From Dickeya dadantii NCPPB 898 (GTDB lineage: Bacteria > Pseudomonadota > Gammaproteobacteria > Enterobacterales > Enterobacteriaceae): a stretch of 32,000 nucleotides of DNA. Positions 9,623-18,483 of the stretch are shown here, in pieces. Made by a program: the position numbers and the translations under genes. The notes beneath the pieces were generated by a model that was given only the letters and a program-made list of their open reading frames with translations, had not been told where the DNA came from and made no database searches. The first letter of the stretch is position 1. The number at the start of each line of letters is the position of its first letter. Location of the stretch: the NCBI RefSeq assembly GCF_000406145.1, contig NZ_CM001976.1:3263206-3295205 (forward strand), given 5' to 3'.

Positions 9623-9640
9623 AGCGTACAGATGTAAGCT
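9623..9640 (-). promoter_or_regulatory. FabR operator (imperfect palindrome) in the fabB promoter
   Basis: The site is AGCGTACA-GA-TGTAAGCT. On the fabB strand, 9657->9623 reads TCTGATCGGACTTGTTCAGCTTACATCTGTACGCT. This closely resembles the E. coli fabA control region as I recall it (AACTGATCGGACTTGTTCAGCGTACACGTGTTAGCT). Confidence 0.7.
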
Positions 9641-9657
9641 GAACAAGTCCGATCAGA
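9641..9657 (-). promoter_or_regulatory. FadR activator site in the fabB promoter
   Basis: The reverse complement TCTGATCGGACTTGTTC matches the E. coli fabA FadR site AACTGATCGGACTTGTT at 15/17 positions. It abuts the FabR palindrome on its upstream side, as in E. coli fabA/fabB. Confidence 0.7.
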
Positions 9658-9734
9658 CTAACTTTTCTCAAATTTGCGACTTAATAAACCACTCGCTAGA
9701 ATCCCGCCACCGCCTGAATAATGAGTTATTTGCC

Positions 9735-11753
9735 GTGACAAGCCCTTCCATCCAGCATGCAAAGCTAAACTGGAACGCTCAGGGTACACCTGTATCGCAA
9801 CAGTTTGATGACGTTTATTTCTCCAACCAGGATGGCCTGGCGGAAACCCGCTATGTCTTTCTGCAGGGCAACGGTTTTCCGCAGCGTTTTCTCACACATC
9901 CCGGCCCGGTCTGCACCGTGGCGGAAACCGGCTTCGGCACCGGGCTGAATTTCCTGACGCTGTGGCAGGCGTTCGAACAGTTTCGCCAGCAGCAACCGAA
10001 TGCCGCGCTGCAGCGGCTGCACTTCATCAGTTTTGAGAAATTTCCGCTGCGCCAGTCGGACCTGGCCACCGCACATGCCAGTTGGCCGGAACTGGCTCCC
10101 TTCGCCGACGAACTACGCCGGCACTGGCCGCTGGCGCTGCCCGGTTGTCACCGGCTGATTCTGGCGCAGGGGCGCATTACGCTGGACCTGTGGTTCGGCG
10201 ACGTCAACGCCCTGCTGCCCACACTGGATCACAGCCTGACCCAGCGTATCGACGCCTGGTTTCTCGACGGGTTCGCCCCGGCCAAAAACCCGGACATGTG
10301 GACCGATGCGTTATTTCACGCCATGGCGCGCCTGTGTCGCAACGAAGGGACGTTCGCGACCTTTACCGCGGCCGGTTTTGTGCGTCGGGGATTGCAACAA
10401 GCAGGATTTGACGTCAGCAAAATCAAGGGATTCGGGCAGAAGCGGGAAATGCTGCGCGGCGCGGTGACGCACAACAGCGAACGGCCTCATCCCACCCCCT
10501 GGTATGCCCGACCGGCGGCCTCATACCCGCAGGACGTGGCGATCGTCGGCGGCGGCATCGCGGCGGTATTAACCGCGCTCGCGCTGCTGCGGCGCGGCGC
10601 GCGGGTGACGCTGTACTGCGCCGACGACCAGGTGGGGCAACGCGCCTCCGGCAATCGTCAGGGCGCGCTCTATCCGTTGCTGAATGACAAGCAGGATGGA
10701 TTGTCGGGATTCTTCGCCACCGCGTTCGGCTTCGCGCGTCGCAGCTACGACGCCCTCGCCGCGCAGGGCGTGACGTTTGAACACGACTGGTGCGGCGTCA
10801 GCCAGTTGGCCTACGATGGAAAAAGCACGCGCAAAATAACCCAGATACTGGCCGGCAACTGGCCGGATACGCTGGTGCGGCCGGCAGATGCACGCACGCT
10901 AACCGAACAGGTCGGCGTGCCGCTATGCACCCACGGCATCACCTACCCGCTGGGCGGCTGGCTGTGCCCGTCCGAGCTGACCGCATCGGCCTTTGCGCTG
11001 GCCTGCCGGCAGGGCCTGCAGGCGCATTTATCTACCACCGTATCCACGCTAACGCACACCGACAGCGGCTGGCAACTGACGCTGGCGGATGGCAGCCAGA
11101 AACAGCACGCCACGGTGGTGCTGGCCAACGGCCATCAGATCAACGACTGGGAACAGACCCGACATCTGCCCGTTTACCCGGTGCGCGGCCAGGTCAGCCA
11201 CGTCCCCGACACGCCGGCGCTGTCTGCGCTGCGTCAGGTGCTGTGCTACGACGGCTATCTGACACCGGTCAGCCCGCATCACCACACCCACTGTATCGGC
11301 GCCAGCTATCATCGCGGCGATACGGGCACCGATTACCGTGAAACCGATCAGCAGCACAACCGTCAGCGGCTGATGGACTGCCTGCCCGACAGCGACTGGC
11401 CTGCCGACGTGGATATCTCTGGGCAACAGGCGCGTTGCGGCGTGCGCTGCGCCATTCGCGATCATCTGCCGTTGCTCGGTCAAGTGCCGGATTACAGCCA
11501 AACGCTGGCCGACTATCAGGATCTGCCCAGACAGCGTGCCGCGGGTGATGAGGTGACCGTTGCCCCATCCTGGCCGAATCTCTATCTGATCGGCGCTTTG
11601 GGGTCACGCGGTTTATGTTCTGCGCCGCTGGCCGCCGAGATTCTGGCATCGCAGCTGTTCGGCGAACCGCTGCCGCTGGACAGCGATACGCTGGCGGCGC
11701 TGCACCCCCATCGTTTTTGGGTAAGAAAATTGCTGAAAGGCAAAGCGGTATAA
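9735..11753 (+). CDS. mnmC: Bifunctional tRNA (mnm5s2U34) methyltransferase / FAD-dependent cmnm5s2U34 oxidoreductase
   Basis: The 672 aa product starts at GTG 9735. The N-terminus ([22 protein letters not shown]), the SAM-MTase region ([17 protein letters not shown]) and the FAD GxGxxG motif ([11 protein letters not shown]) match MnmC/YfcK. It is divergent from fabB, as in E. coli. Confidence 0.93.
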   Translation: MTSPSIQHAKLNWNAQGTPVSQQFDDVYFSNQDGLAETRYVFLQGNGFPQRFLTHPGPVCTVAETGFGTGLNFLTLWQAFEQFRQQQPNAALQRLHFISFEKFPLRQSDLATAHASWPELAPFADELRRHWPLALPGCHRLILAQGRITLDLWFGDVNALLPTLDHSLTQRIDAWFLDGFAPAKNPDMWTDALFHAMARLCRNEGTFATFTAAGFVRRGLQQAGFDVSKIKGFGQKREMLRGAVTHNSERPHPTPWYARPAASYPQDVAIVGGGIAAVLTALALLRRGARVTLYCADDQVGQRASGNRQGALYPLLNDKQDGLSGFFATAFGFARRSYDALAAQGVTFEHDWCGVSQLAYDGKSTRKITQILAGNWPDTLVRPADARTLTEQVGVPLCTHGITYPLGGWLCPSELTASAFALACRQGLQAHLSTTVSTLTHTDSGWQLTLADGSQKQHATVVLANGHQINDWEQTRHLPVYPVRGQVSHVPDTPALSALRQVLCYDGYLTPVSPHHHTHCIGASYHRGDTGTDYRETDQQHNRQRLMDCLPDSDWPADVDISGQQARCGVRCAIRDHLPLLGQVPDYSQTLADYQDLPRQRAAGDEVTVAPSWPNLYLIGALGSRGLCSAPLAAEILASQLFGEPLPLDSDTLAALHPHRFWVRKLLKGKAV

Positions 11754-11820
11754 CTGAATATAGGGATAGCGTGTTCGATACGGCAGCAATTTTATACTAA
11801 ACAGGATTCGAGAGCCGATT

Positions 11821-12654
11821 ATGGGAAAAACCTCGTCACGGGAAGAAGTGCAGTTTCACCACCTGAAAGATCTGGGTGGGCTGGAAATGCTGCAGGCCCG
11901 CTATCACAACCAGCGTTTTTCCCGCCATTCGCACGAGAATTTCTGTATTGGCGTGATTGAGGAAGGCGCGCAACGTTTCTATCGCACCGGCGGTGAACAC
12001 GTTGCCCCCACCGGCGACATTATTCTGGTCAACGCCGACGAGATTCACACCGGCCACTCGGCTGTCGCCAGCGGTTGGTCTTATCGCGCCATCTATCCTT
12101 CGCCGGACTTGCTATGCCACCTGTCGCGCGACCTGCGCGTGCCGCAAGGCGCTACCCCCTGGTTTCCCGATGCCGTTGTCCATGACCCCGGATTGTCGGC
12201 GCAATTGCGGCTGGCCTTCACCCTGTTGCCGCAGGCAGGCAATAGCCTGCTGAAAGAAACGCTGCTGTTTTCGTCATTGAGCTGGCTGATGCTGCGCTAC
12301 AGCAAAACCCGCGCCGATGGACGGGTTTTGCCATCAGCGGGTCTGTCCATTCTGCGGGCAAAAGCGTGGCTTGACGAATGCCCGGAGCAGGATATCAGCC
12401 TGTTGCAGCTGGCGGAGATAGCCGGCCTCAGCCCGTGGCATTTTCTCAGGCAATTCAAGGCGCTGCTGGGCATGACGCCGCATGCTTATCTGGTTCAGGC
12501 GCGCCTGCGTCAGGCACGTTCGTTGCTGATAAAGGGCGCCGGCCTGTCCGACACCGCATCCCGGTGCGGATTCTCCGATCAGAGCCACTTCAATCGCCAT
12601 TTCAAACGCGCGATGGGCATCACCCCGGGTGAATTTGTTCGTACTCTGAAGTAA
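11821..12654 (+). CDS. AraC-family transcriptional regulator (cupin-type N-domain plus HTH)
   Basis: The 277 aa product has a C-terminal AraC signature (ISLLQLAEIAGLSPWHFLRQFKALLGMTPHAYL ... CGFSDQSHFNRHFKRAMGITPGEF). It lies directly upstream of the azlCD-like pair. Confidence 0.88.
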   Translation: MGKTSSREEVQFHHLKDLGGLEMLQARYHNQRFSRHSHENFCIGVIEEGAQRFYRTGGEHVAPTGDIILVNADEIHTGHSAVASGWSYRAIYPSPDLLCHLSRDLRVPQGATPWFPDAVVHDPGLSAQLRLAFTLLPQAGNSLLKETLLFSSLSWLMLRYSKTRADGRVLPSAGLSILRAKAWLDECPEQDISLLQLAEIAGLSPWHFLRQFKALLGMTPHAYLVQARLRQARSLLIKGAGLSDTASRCGFSDQSHFNRHFKRAMGITPGEFVRTLK

Positions 12655-12740
12655 TCAGGCATAGGCAATTTCTTTCAATACCGCCGCGTCTCACCTGCCT
12701 ATCCTTCCGGTCTATAACCTGAAGGAGAGCGTTCATTGTT

Positions 12741-13487
12741 ATGCCATTTCCATCTTTTACCGCCTTATCACGACAATCTCCGCCGAATTCGGCATTCGGC
12801 CAGTGCCTTCGCGGTGCGATAGCCATGCTGCCGCTGTGCGTGGCGGTTATTCCCTGGGGCATTCTGGCCGGCTCAATGGCGGTGCAGGCCGGGCTGACAT
12901 TCTGGCAAGCGGTGGGTATGTCGGCGGTGATCTTCGCCGGCGCCGCGCAATTGGTGACGCTGAGCCTGCTGATGTCGGGCAGCAGCGTCATGACTATCGT
13001 GTTGACCGTGATGGTGATTACCGCCCAGCACCTGATTTATGGCCTGACGCTGCGCCCCACGGTCGCGCCGTTAAAGGCGCGTTATCGTCTGTTGCTGGGT
13101 TTTTTACTGACCGATGAACTGTTCGCCCTGGCGATAGCCGCAAAGGCACGGCTGACCACCGCCTATCTGCTCGGCGCCGGGCTGACGTTTTATGTGAGCT
13201 GGGTGATATGCAGCCTGGCGGGCGTGATGATGGCGAATGCGATTCCCCATCTCGATCGCTACCATCTGGATTTTTCCATCGTCGCCACCTTTATCACGCT
13301 GGTGGTCCCCATGGTCAAGCGCCTGCCGGTGCTGGCGGGGACGCTGTTTTCATTGTTCATGTCCATGCTACTGGCTTACTGGCGCATCGAAGGGGCGATT
13401 ATGATAGCCGGCCTCGGCGGCATGGCCGTTTCCGTGCTGATGGCACGGCTTAGCGAAAAAACATCAAGGACCGGAGAAACATCATGA
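12741..13487 (+). CDS. AzlC-family branched-chain amino acid exporter subunit (YgaZ-like)
   Basis: The 248 aa polytopic membrane protein has AzlC-like composition and size. Its stop overlaps the start of the small partner gene (ATGA at 13484-13487). The SD AAGGAGAG (12721-12728) is 12 nt from the ATG, so the start is slightly uncertain. Confidence 0.75.
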   Translation: MPFPSFTALSRQSPPNSAFGQCLRGAIAMLPLCVAVIPWGILAGSMAVQAGLTFWQAVGMSAVIFAGAAQLVTLSLLMSGSSVMTIVLTVMVITAQHLIYGLTLRPTVAPLKARYRLLLGFLLTDELFALAIAAKARLTTAYLLGAGLTFYVSWVICSLAGVMMANAIPHLDRYHLDFSIVATFITLVVPMVKRLPVLAGTLFSLFMSMLLAYWRIEGAIMIAGLGGMAVSVLMARLSEKTSRTGETS

Positions 13488-13798
13488 GTTGGGGATTATT
13501 ACTGCTGCTGGCGCTGGTCGTGTTTGCTTACCGCTACGTTTTTCTTGAACCCGGCGTTCCCGTCAGGCTGCCTGCCTTATTCCGGGAAGCGCTCAACTAC
13601 TCCGCGCCTTGTCTGCTGACGGCTATTTGCGGACCGGTGATTCTGTTGCATCAGGAAACATTGCGTCCCTTTCCCGATAACCCGTATTTATGGGGCGCGG
13701 TGGGTAGCGTGGTGATTGCCTTGCTGGTTCGCCACACGATGCTGGCGGTGATGGGGAGCCTGGGCGTGTTTTATGCGCTCTGTTTCTGGCTGCGATAG
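13484..13798 (+). CDS. AzlD-family small membrane subunit (YgaH-like)
   Basis: The 104 aa product has 3-4 hydrophobic helices and is translationally coupled to the AzlC-like gene. The size and pairing are typical of AzlD. Confidence 0.7.
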   Translation: MSWGLLLLLALVVFAYRYVFLEPGVPVRLPALFREALNYSAPCLLTAICGPVILLHQETLRPFPDNPYLWGAVGSVVIALLVRHTMLAVMGSLGVFYALCFWLR

Positions 13799-13834
13799 CC
13801 CAAGGCTGCGATAGCTCAATTGCGATAGCTCAAT
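13788..13834. repeat. Short tandem duplications of the azlD stop-codon context
   Basis: GGCTGCGATAGC occurs at 13788-13799 (containing the TAG stop at 13796-13798) and again at 13804-13815. TGCGATAGCTCAAT is perfectly duplicated in tandem at 13807-13820 and 13821-13834. Confidence 0.85.
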
Positions 13835-13942
13835 ATAGTAAAACCACGTTGCGCTGCCCCCGGTTACGTTTCAGCAAAATAACCGGGGACAGGAGATGAC
13901 CGCTTGAGCGTCATCCACCTTTACGTGTTATCCGGCAAACCA

Positions 13943-14368
13943 TTACAACACCGTCAGGGTCACATCGATATTACCGCGAGTGGCGTTGGAATAGGGGCAA
14001 ACCTGATGCGCTTTTTCCACCAACGCCTGTGCCTGCGCCTTGTCCATCCCCGGAATAGTAATGCGCAGTTCGACTTCAATGCCAAAACCGCCGCCGGATG
14101 GACCAATGCCGACCAGGCCTTCAATCACCGTAGTAGCGGGAACCGACACCTTCTCTTTGGACGCCACCAGTTTCAGCGCGCCGGTAAAACAGGCCGCATA
14201 GCCGGCGGCAAACAGTTGCTCAGGGTTGGTGCCGGAACCGCCCAGGCCGCCCAGCTCGCGCGGTGTGGTCAGTTTTAGGTCAAGATGATTATCATCGGAA
14301 ACCGCATGTCCATCTCGCCCGCCGGTCACCGACGCCTGGGCACGATAAAGTACTTTCTCAACAGCCAT
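13943..14368 (-). CDS. ohr: Organic hydroperoxide resistance protein (OsmC/Ohr family)
   Basis: I chose the ATG at 14366-14368 because the SD GGGAG lies 8 nt upstream; the track uses the GTG at 14377. The product [24 protein letters not shown]...[15 protein letters not shown]...[19 protein letters not shown] is collinear with Xanthomonas/Pseudomonas Ohr, including both conserved Cys contexts. Confidence 0.9.
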   Translation of the reverse strand: MAVEKVLYRAQASVTGGRDGHAVSDDNHLDLKLTTPRELGGLGGSGTNPEQLFAAGYAACFTGALKLVASKEKVSVPATTVIEGLVGIGPSGGGFGIEVELRITIPGMDKAQAQALVEKAHQVCPYSNATRGNIDVTLTVL

Positions 14369-14437
14369 AATTGTCACTCCCTTTTAAGACAAGATAACCG
14401 CTTTAAAATCAGTAAACACCGTTCAGGCCTGACGCCG

Positions 14438-15067
14438 TCATGCCTGACTGGATTCCAGACGCCGCGCCTTCTGCCAGCTCGGCGTATCAGAAAGCCGTTT
14501 CGAATAGCGGAGAATGTTGGGATACTGCTGCCCCAGATTAAACCGCTCCGTGACCAGCTTCACCACGAACCCCAGCATAAAGTCCGCCCCGCTCAGACGT
14601 TGCCCGACAATAAATTCACGTGAGGCAAGGTAGTCGTTCAGATAAGCAAACACTTTCCTGAATTCCGCCTCGGCATAATCATCCAGAAAGTGCAGCGTCT
14701 GGCCGGCTTTTTTCTCAAACTGATTAAAGACTTTCAGTAATACAGGCAGCATGGCCGAGCTTTCCGCAAAATGAATCCATTGCAGATACTCGACATAACA
14801 CGCGTCCTGCTCATCAGGCGCCAGCTGCGGCGCGTATTGGCTGATAATGTACTCAACGATGGCGCCCGACTCGGCAATCACCTTGCCGTCAATCTCCACC
14901 ACCGGCGATTTACCCAGCGGATGAATCGCCTTAAGTTCCTCTGGCGCCAGTTGCGTCTGCGGGTTGCGCTGGTAGCGGATCAGCTCATAGGGAAGCTGCG
15001 CCTCCTCCAGTAACCAGAGAATGCGTATGGAGCGCGAATCATTCAGATGATGTAACTTTATGGTCAT
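14438..15067 (-). CDS. Glutathione S-transferase family protein (Ser-type, GTT1-like N-domain)
   Basis: The 209 aa product has an N-terminal thioredoxin-like GST fold (SRSIRILWLLEE, HPLGKSPV, ESGAIVEYI) and a helical C-domain. The SD AAAGGAA lies upstream. Confidence 0.85.
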   Translation of the reverse strand: MTIKLHHLNDSRSIRILWLLEEAQLPYELIRYQRNPQTQLAPEELKAIHPLGKSPVVEIDGKVIAESGAIVEYIISQYAPQLAPDEQDACYVEYLQWIHFAESSAMLPVLLKVFNQFEKKAGQTLHFLDDYAEAEFRKVFAYLNDYLASREFIVGQRLSGADFMLGFVVKLVTERFNLGQQYPNILRYSKRLSDTPSWQKARRLESSQA

Positions 15068-15092
15068 TCTGCCGGTTTCCTTTGTCGGCCGA

Positions 15093-15770
15093 TTAGGCCA
15101 GCTGTTTTAACAATGCCCTGGCGACCGCTTCCGAGCTGGCCGGGTTCTGGCCGGTGATAAGCTTACCGTCTTCAACGATGTAGGGATGCCAGTCCGGGCC
15201 TTTGGAATACAGACCACCCAGTTGTTGAAACTCGTCTTCAATCAAAAACGGCACCACATCGGTTAATTCCACCGCGGCTTCTTCCGTGTTGGTAAACCCG
15301 GTTACCTGGCGACCTTTGATCAGCGGCTCGCCATTGGCGGCTTTGACATGACGCAAGACGCCAGGGGCATGACACACGAAGCCGATGGGTTTTCCAGCCC
15401 GTTCAAATGCTTCGATCAGAGCACTTGAGGTCGGTGATTCGGCCAAATCCCACAGTGGGCCATGACCACCCGGATAGAACACCGTGTCAAAATCGTCCAT
15501 ACGGACGCTGTCCAGTTTCACCGTGGAGGCCAGCGCCTGCTGTGCTGCCGGATCGGCCTTGAATCGATGGGTCAGTTCGGTTTGAAATTCCGGCAAATCA
15601 CTTTTCGGATCCAGCGGCGGCTGTCCGCCTGCCGGTGACGCCAGCACGACGTCGGCACCCGCATCTTTAAACACGTAATAAGGGGCGGCAAACTCTTCGA
15701 GCCAGAAGCCGGTTTTCTTACCGGTGTTTCCCAACTGGTCGTGGGACGTTAATACCATCAATATTTTCAT
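15093..15770 (-). CDS. DJ-1/PfpI (type 1 glutamine amidotransferase-like) family protein
   Basis: I trimmed track ORF 15093-15938 to the ATG at 15768-15770, which is preceded by the SD GAGGAG. The product MKILMVLTSHDQLGNTGKKTGFWLEEFAAPYYVF... has the nucleophile-elbow Cys in IGFVCHAPGVL. The longer version would overlap the 3' end of the ALDH gene. Confidence 0.85.
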   Translation of the reverse strand: MKILMVLTSHDQLGNTGKKTGFWLEEFAAPYYVFKDAGADVVLASPAGGQPPLDPKSDLPEFQTELTHRFKADPAAQQALASTVKLDSVRMDDFDTVFYPGGHGPLWDLAESPTSSALIEAFERAGKPIGFVCHAPGVLRHVKAANGEPLIKGRQVTGFTNTEEAAVELTDVVPFLIEDEFQQLGGLYSKGPDWHPYIVEDGKLITGQNPASSEAVARALLKQLA

Positions 15771-15810
15771 CGCAATTCTCCTCACATCACCCATACCGGG
15801 TGCTTTTACA

Positions 15811-17229
15811 TTAGCCTTGCAGAAACGCTTCAAGCTGAGACAGTTTGTCACGATAGGGCGCGCGCAAACGCAGGTTGAATGCGCCCTCTTCATTCTGGAC
15901 CACAATCGGTTTGGCGTGGCTAAAACGGCGGAAACCATGAATGCCGTGGTAAGCCCCCATGCCGGACGCCCCTACCCCGCCAAAGGGCAGCGCATCATTG
16001 CTGGCGTGCGTCATCACATCATTGATGACCAGCGCTCCTGACGTGGTTCGTTCAGCGAACGCGGTTTGCCGCGCCGGTTGCTGACCAAAGTAATACGCCG
16101 CCAGCGGACGGGGATGCGCGTTGATGTAAGCAATCGCCTCTTCCTGCGAACGACAGGTGCGTACCGGCAACAGCGGCCCGAAAATCTCTTCCTGCATGAT
16201 CTGCATGTCATCGGTGACATTCAGCAGCAGATGCGGCGCGATCTTGCGGGAAACCGCATCAAAATCCGGCTCGCCCTGCGGAGCCAGGCTTACCAGCGTC
16301 GCCCCCTGATCTTTGGCGTCTTTTAACAGCCCCACCAGACGATCATAGTGTCGCGGCGTGATGATGGCCGTATAGTCAGGGTTGTTCTGAAGCGTCGGGA
16401 ATGCCTGAGCCATAAACGCTTTGCCGGCATGAATAAAGGCATCCACCTGATCGTCCGACAGCATGACGTAGTCAGGAGAGAGGCAGATCTGACCGGCATT
16501 AAAGGTTTTCACAGTCAATGTGCGCCGCGCCGCCAGGCCGACATCCGCATCGCGGTCGATAACCACCGGCGATTTTCCCCCCAGTTCCAGTGTAACGGGT
16601 ACCAGATTATCGGCTGCGGCGCGCATCACATGGCGACCAACGGCGGAGCTGCCGGTAAAGACCAAATGATCAAACGGCAGGCTGCTGAACGCGGCGCCAA
16701 TCGCCGCATCCCCCAGCACCACTTCCAGTTCCAGCGGGTCAAAGTAACGCGCGATCAGCTCCGCCAGCAGTTCCGAGGTAGCAGGCGTCAGCTCCGACGG
16801 TTTCAGCATCGCCGTATTGCCTGCGGCAAACACGCCGGCCAGCGGACCAAATGCCAGATTGATGGGAAAATTCCACGGGCTGATCACCCCGACCACGCCC
16901 AGCGGCTGATGCTGTATCCAGGCCTGCATGCCCGGCAGGGGGCTGTCGACGAATTCCGGTTTCATCCATTGCGCCACGTGATCCGCGGAATGCTCAAGCG
17001 TTTTCACCGTCGTCACCATATCCGCCACCAGCGACTGATACCGGCTTCGGTGACCGAAATCCGCATCCATCGCTTTGCTGAGCGACGGATAATTCTCCCG
17101 GATAAGCCGGGCGCTGCGTAACAGCCTGTCGCGGCGCAGCGCGGCATCGGCCGGGCCATTGGCGATGTGGGCGTTCTTCATGGTCTGCAATATCGCTTTT
17201 AAATCGTTGTTCGTTTGCGCTAAAAGCAT
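15811..17229 (-). CDS. NAD(P)-dependent aldehyde dehydrogenase (coniferyl-aldehyde dehydrogenase-like subfamily)
   Basis: The 472 aa product has a catalytic Glu context (VTLELGGKSPVVI) and a catalytic Cys context (FNAGQICLSPDYV). The N-terminal RRDRLLRSARLI... region is typical of class-3/CalB-like ALDHs. The SD AAGGAG is 8 nt from the ATG. Confidence 0.88.
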   Translation of the reverse strand: MLLAQTNNDLKAILQTMKNAHIANGPADAALRRDRLLRSARLIRENYPSLSKAMDADFGHRSRYQSLVADMVTTVKTLEHSADHVAQWMKPEFVDSPLPGMQAWIQHQPLGVVGVISPWNFPINLAFGPLAGVFAAGNTAMLKPSELTPATSELLAELIARYFDPLELEVVLGDAAIGAAFSSLPFDHLVFTGSSAVGRHVMRAAADNLVPVTLELGGKSPVVIDRDADVGLAARRTLTVKTFNAGQICLSPDYVMLSDDQVDAFIHAGKAFMAQAFPTLQNNPDYTAIITPRHYDRLVGLLKDAKDQGATLVSLAPQGEPDFDAVSRKIAPHLLLNVTDDMQIMQEEIFGPLLPVRTCRSQEEAIAYINAHPRPLAAYYFGQQPARQTAFAERTTSGALVINDVMTHASNDALPFGGVGASGMGAYHGIHGFRRFSHAKPIVVQNEEGAFNLRLRAPYRDKLSQLEAFLQG

Positions 17230-17422
17230 GGCGATCGCTCCTTAAGGATCGTGCGGCGTCTTTTTCCATTCTGGCTTTGGTATAAATTTTCCTTTGCTTC
17301 CTGCAAGCCGACTCACTAAAAAAAGACAGTTATGTTTTGATAGAACGCACTTTAGCGACGTTAATCAATTGTGACCAACTAGCATAGTTAGGTATATATA
17401 TAAAAAATTTTATGGATAACAC

Positions 17423-18319
17423 ATGTCTCTCGCTCGGCTAAGAACCTTTATTGAGGTATATCGACAGCGCTCTATCAGCGGAGCCGCACGCACGCTTAAC
17501 CTCACGCAGCCTGCGGTATCGCAGCATATCGCCGGTTTGGAAATGTCGATTGGGCGCCCGCTGTTTGAGCGGCAAACGCGGGGCGTAACCCCCACCTCGG
17601 TGGCCGATGAATTGGCGGCGGATATTGGCGACCGGCTGGATGAAGCGGAAAACGCGCTGGCCTCGGTGAAAGCGCGATCGCTGGAATTGGCCGGCGCATT
17701 ACAAATCATCGGTCATGCGGATTTTCTGGCCGCCGTCGTGGCCAGGCAATTATTGCCGCTGCTGGAAGTGGGGGTGCGCGTCCGGATGCAAACCGGGGAT
17801 TACGACGCGATTATCCAAAGCCTGATTGAGGGTTACTGTGACTTAGGGATCTCTGCGGCGCCCTCACATGACAACCGGTTGAAAAGCGAGTTGATGCTGA
17901 CCGACGAAGTGATGGCGGTTGCGTCGCCCCAGGTCGTCAGCCGGTTGATGAACACGCCGGATACGCTGGCGGCGATGCAAACCGAACCGGTGCTGGCCTA
18001 TAGCCTGACGCTGCCGCTTATCGATAACTGGTTCACGGCGAATCGGGTGCAGGCGCCGGCCATTCTTCCCGCCATGGTCGGGCAAGATCTGCGTGCCTTA
18101 TGCAGCTTACTGTGTGAGGGGTTTGGCTGGAGCGCCCTGCCTGCATATTTATGCACGCCTTATATCGAACGAGGGGAACTGCGTGAAATTCCGGCACCCG
18201 TAGCGCGTGCCAGCCGAAGTTACTATTTGCTCTGGCAACCCAGCGCCTTGCGCCAGCCACGCGTCGCCCATGCCAGACAGGCGTTGCTGTTTCGGTTAAG
18301 GCAAAAATACGGGCGGTAG
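17423..18319 (+). CDS. LysR-family transcriptional regulator
   Basis: The 298 aa product has an N-terminal HTH (LRTFIEVYRQRSISGAARTLNLTQPAVSQHIAGLE) and a substrate-binding-type C-domain. It is divergent from the ALDH gene. Confidence 0.9.
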   Translation: MSLARLRTFIEVYRQRSISGAARTLNLTQPAVSQHIAGLEMSIGRPLFERQTRGVTPTSVADELAADIGDRLDEAENALASVKARSLELAGALQIIGHADFLAAVVARQLLPLLEVGVRVRMQTGDYDAIIQSLIEGYCDLGISAAPSHDNRLKSELMLTDEVMAVASPQVVSRLMNTPDTLAAMQTEPVLAYSLTLPLIDNWFTANRVQAPAILPAMVGQDLRALCSLLCEGFGWSALPAYLCTPYIERGELREIPAPVARASRSYYLLWQPSALRQPRVAHARQALLFRLRQKYGR

Positions 18320-18483
18320 ATTTGTCGCGTCGCTGAGGCAGCCCGAAGGGCGCCGGGCCAAAAAATGAGCCGATTCAGATCCCGTAACCGCACGTATGCC
18401 GATCACGGGATCTGGTTTAGGGAGTGGTTAATTATTGCATCACGACTCGAAACAGGCGGTCGCCATTTCGGTCTACGGGCGGG

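Noticed and set aside
13894-13914. The hairpin GATGAC-N9-GTCATC downstream of ohr, and the hairpin around the GST stop (14423-14447), as intrinsic terminators.
   Set aside because: The stems are only 6 bp and no U-tract follows on the relevant strand. That is too weak to call them terminators.
15771-15938. A 56-codon N-terminal extension of the DJ-1/PfpI ORF.
   Set aside because: It would overlap the 3' end of the ALDH gene by 128 nt. The internal ATG at 15770 has a GAGGAG SD, and family members begin at MKIL.VLTS.
17230-17422. A canonical LysR T-N11-A box in the ALDH/LysR divergent region.
   Set aside because: I could find only the A-N11-T palindrome AACTAGCATAGTT (17377-17389). It is mentioned in the operon finding, but it is not annotated as a feature because the motif is generic and the match is unverified.
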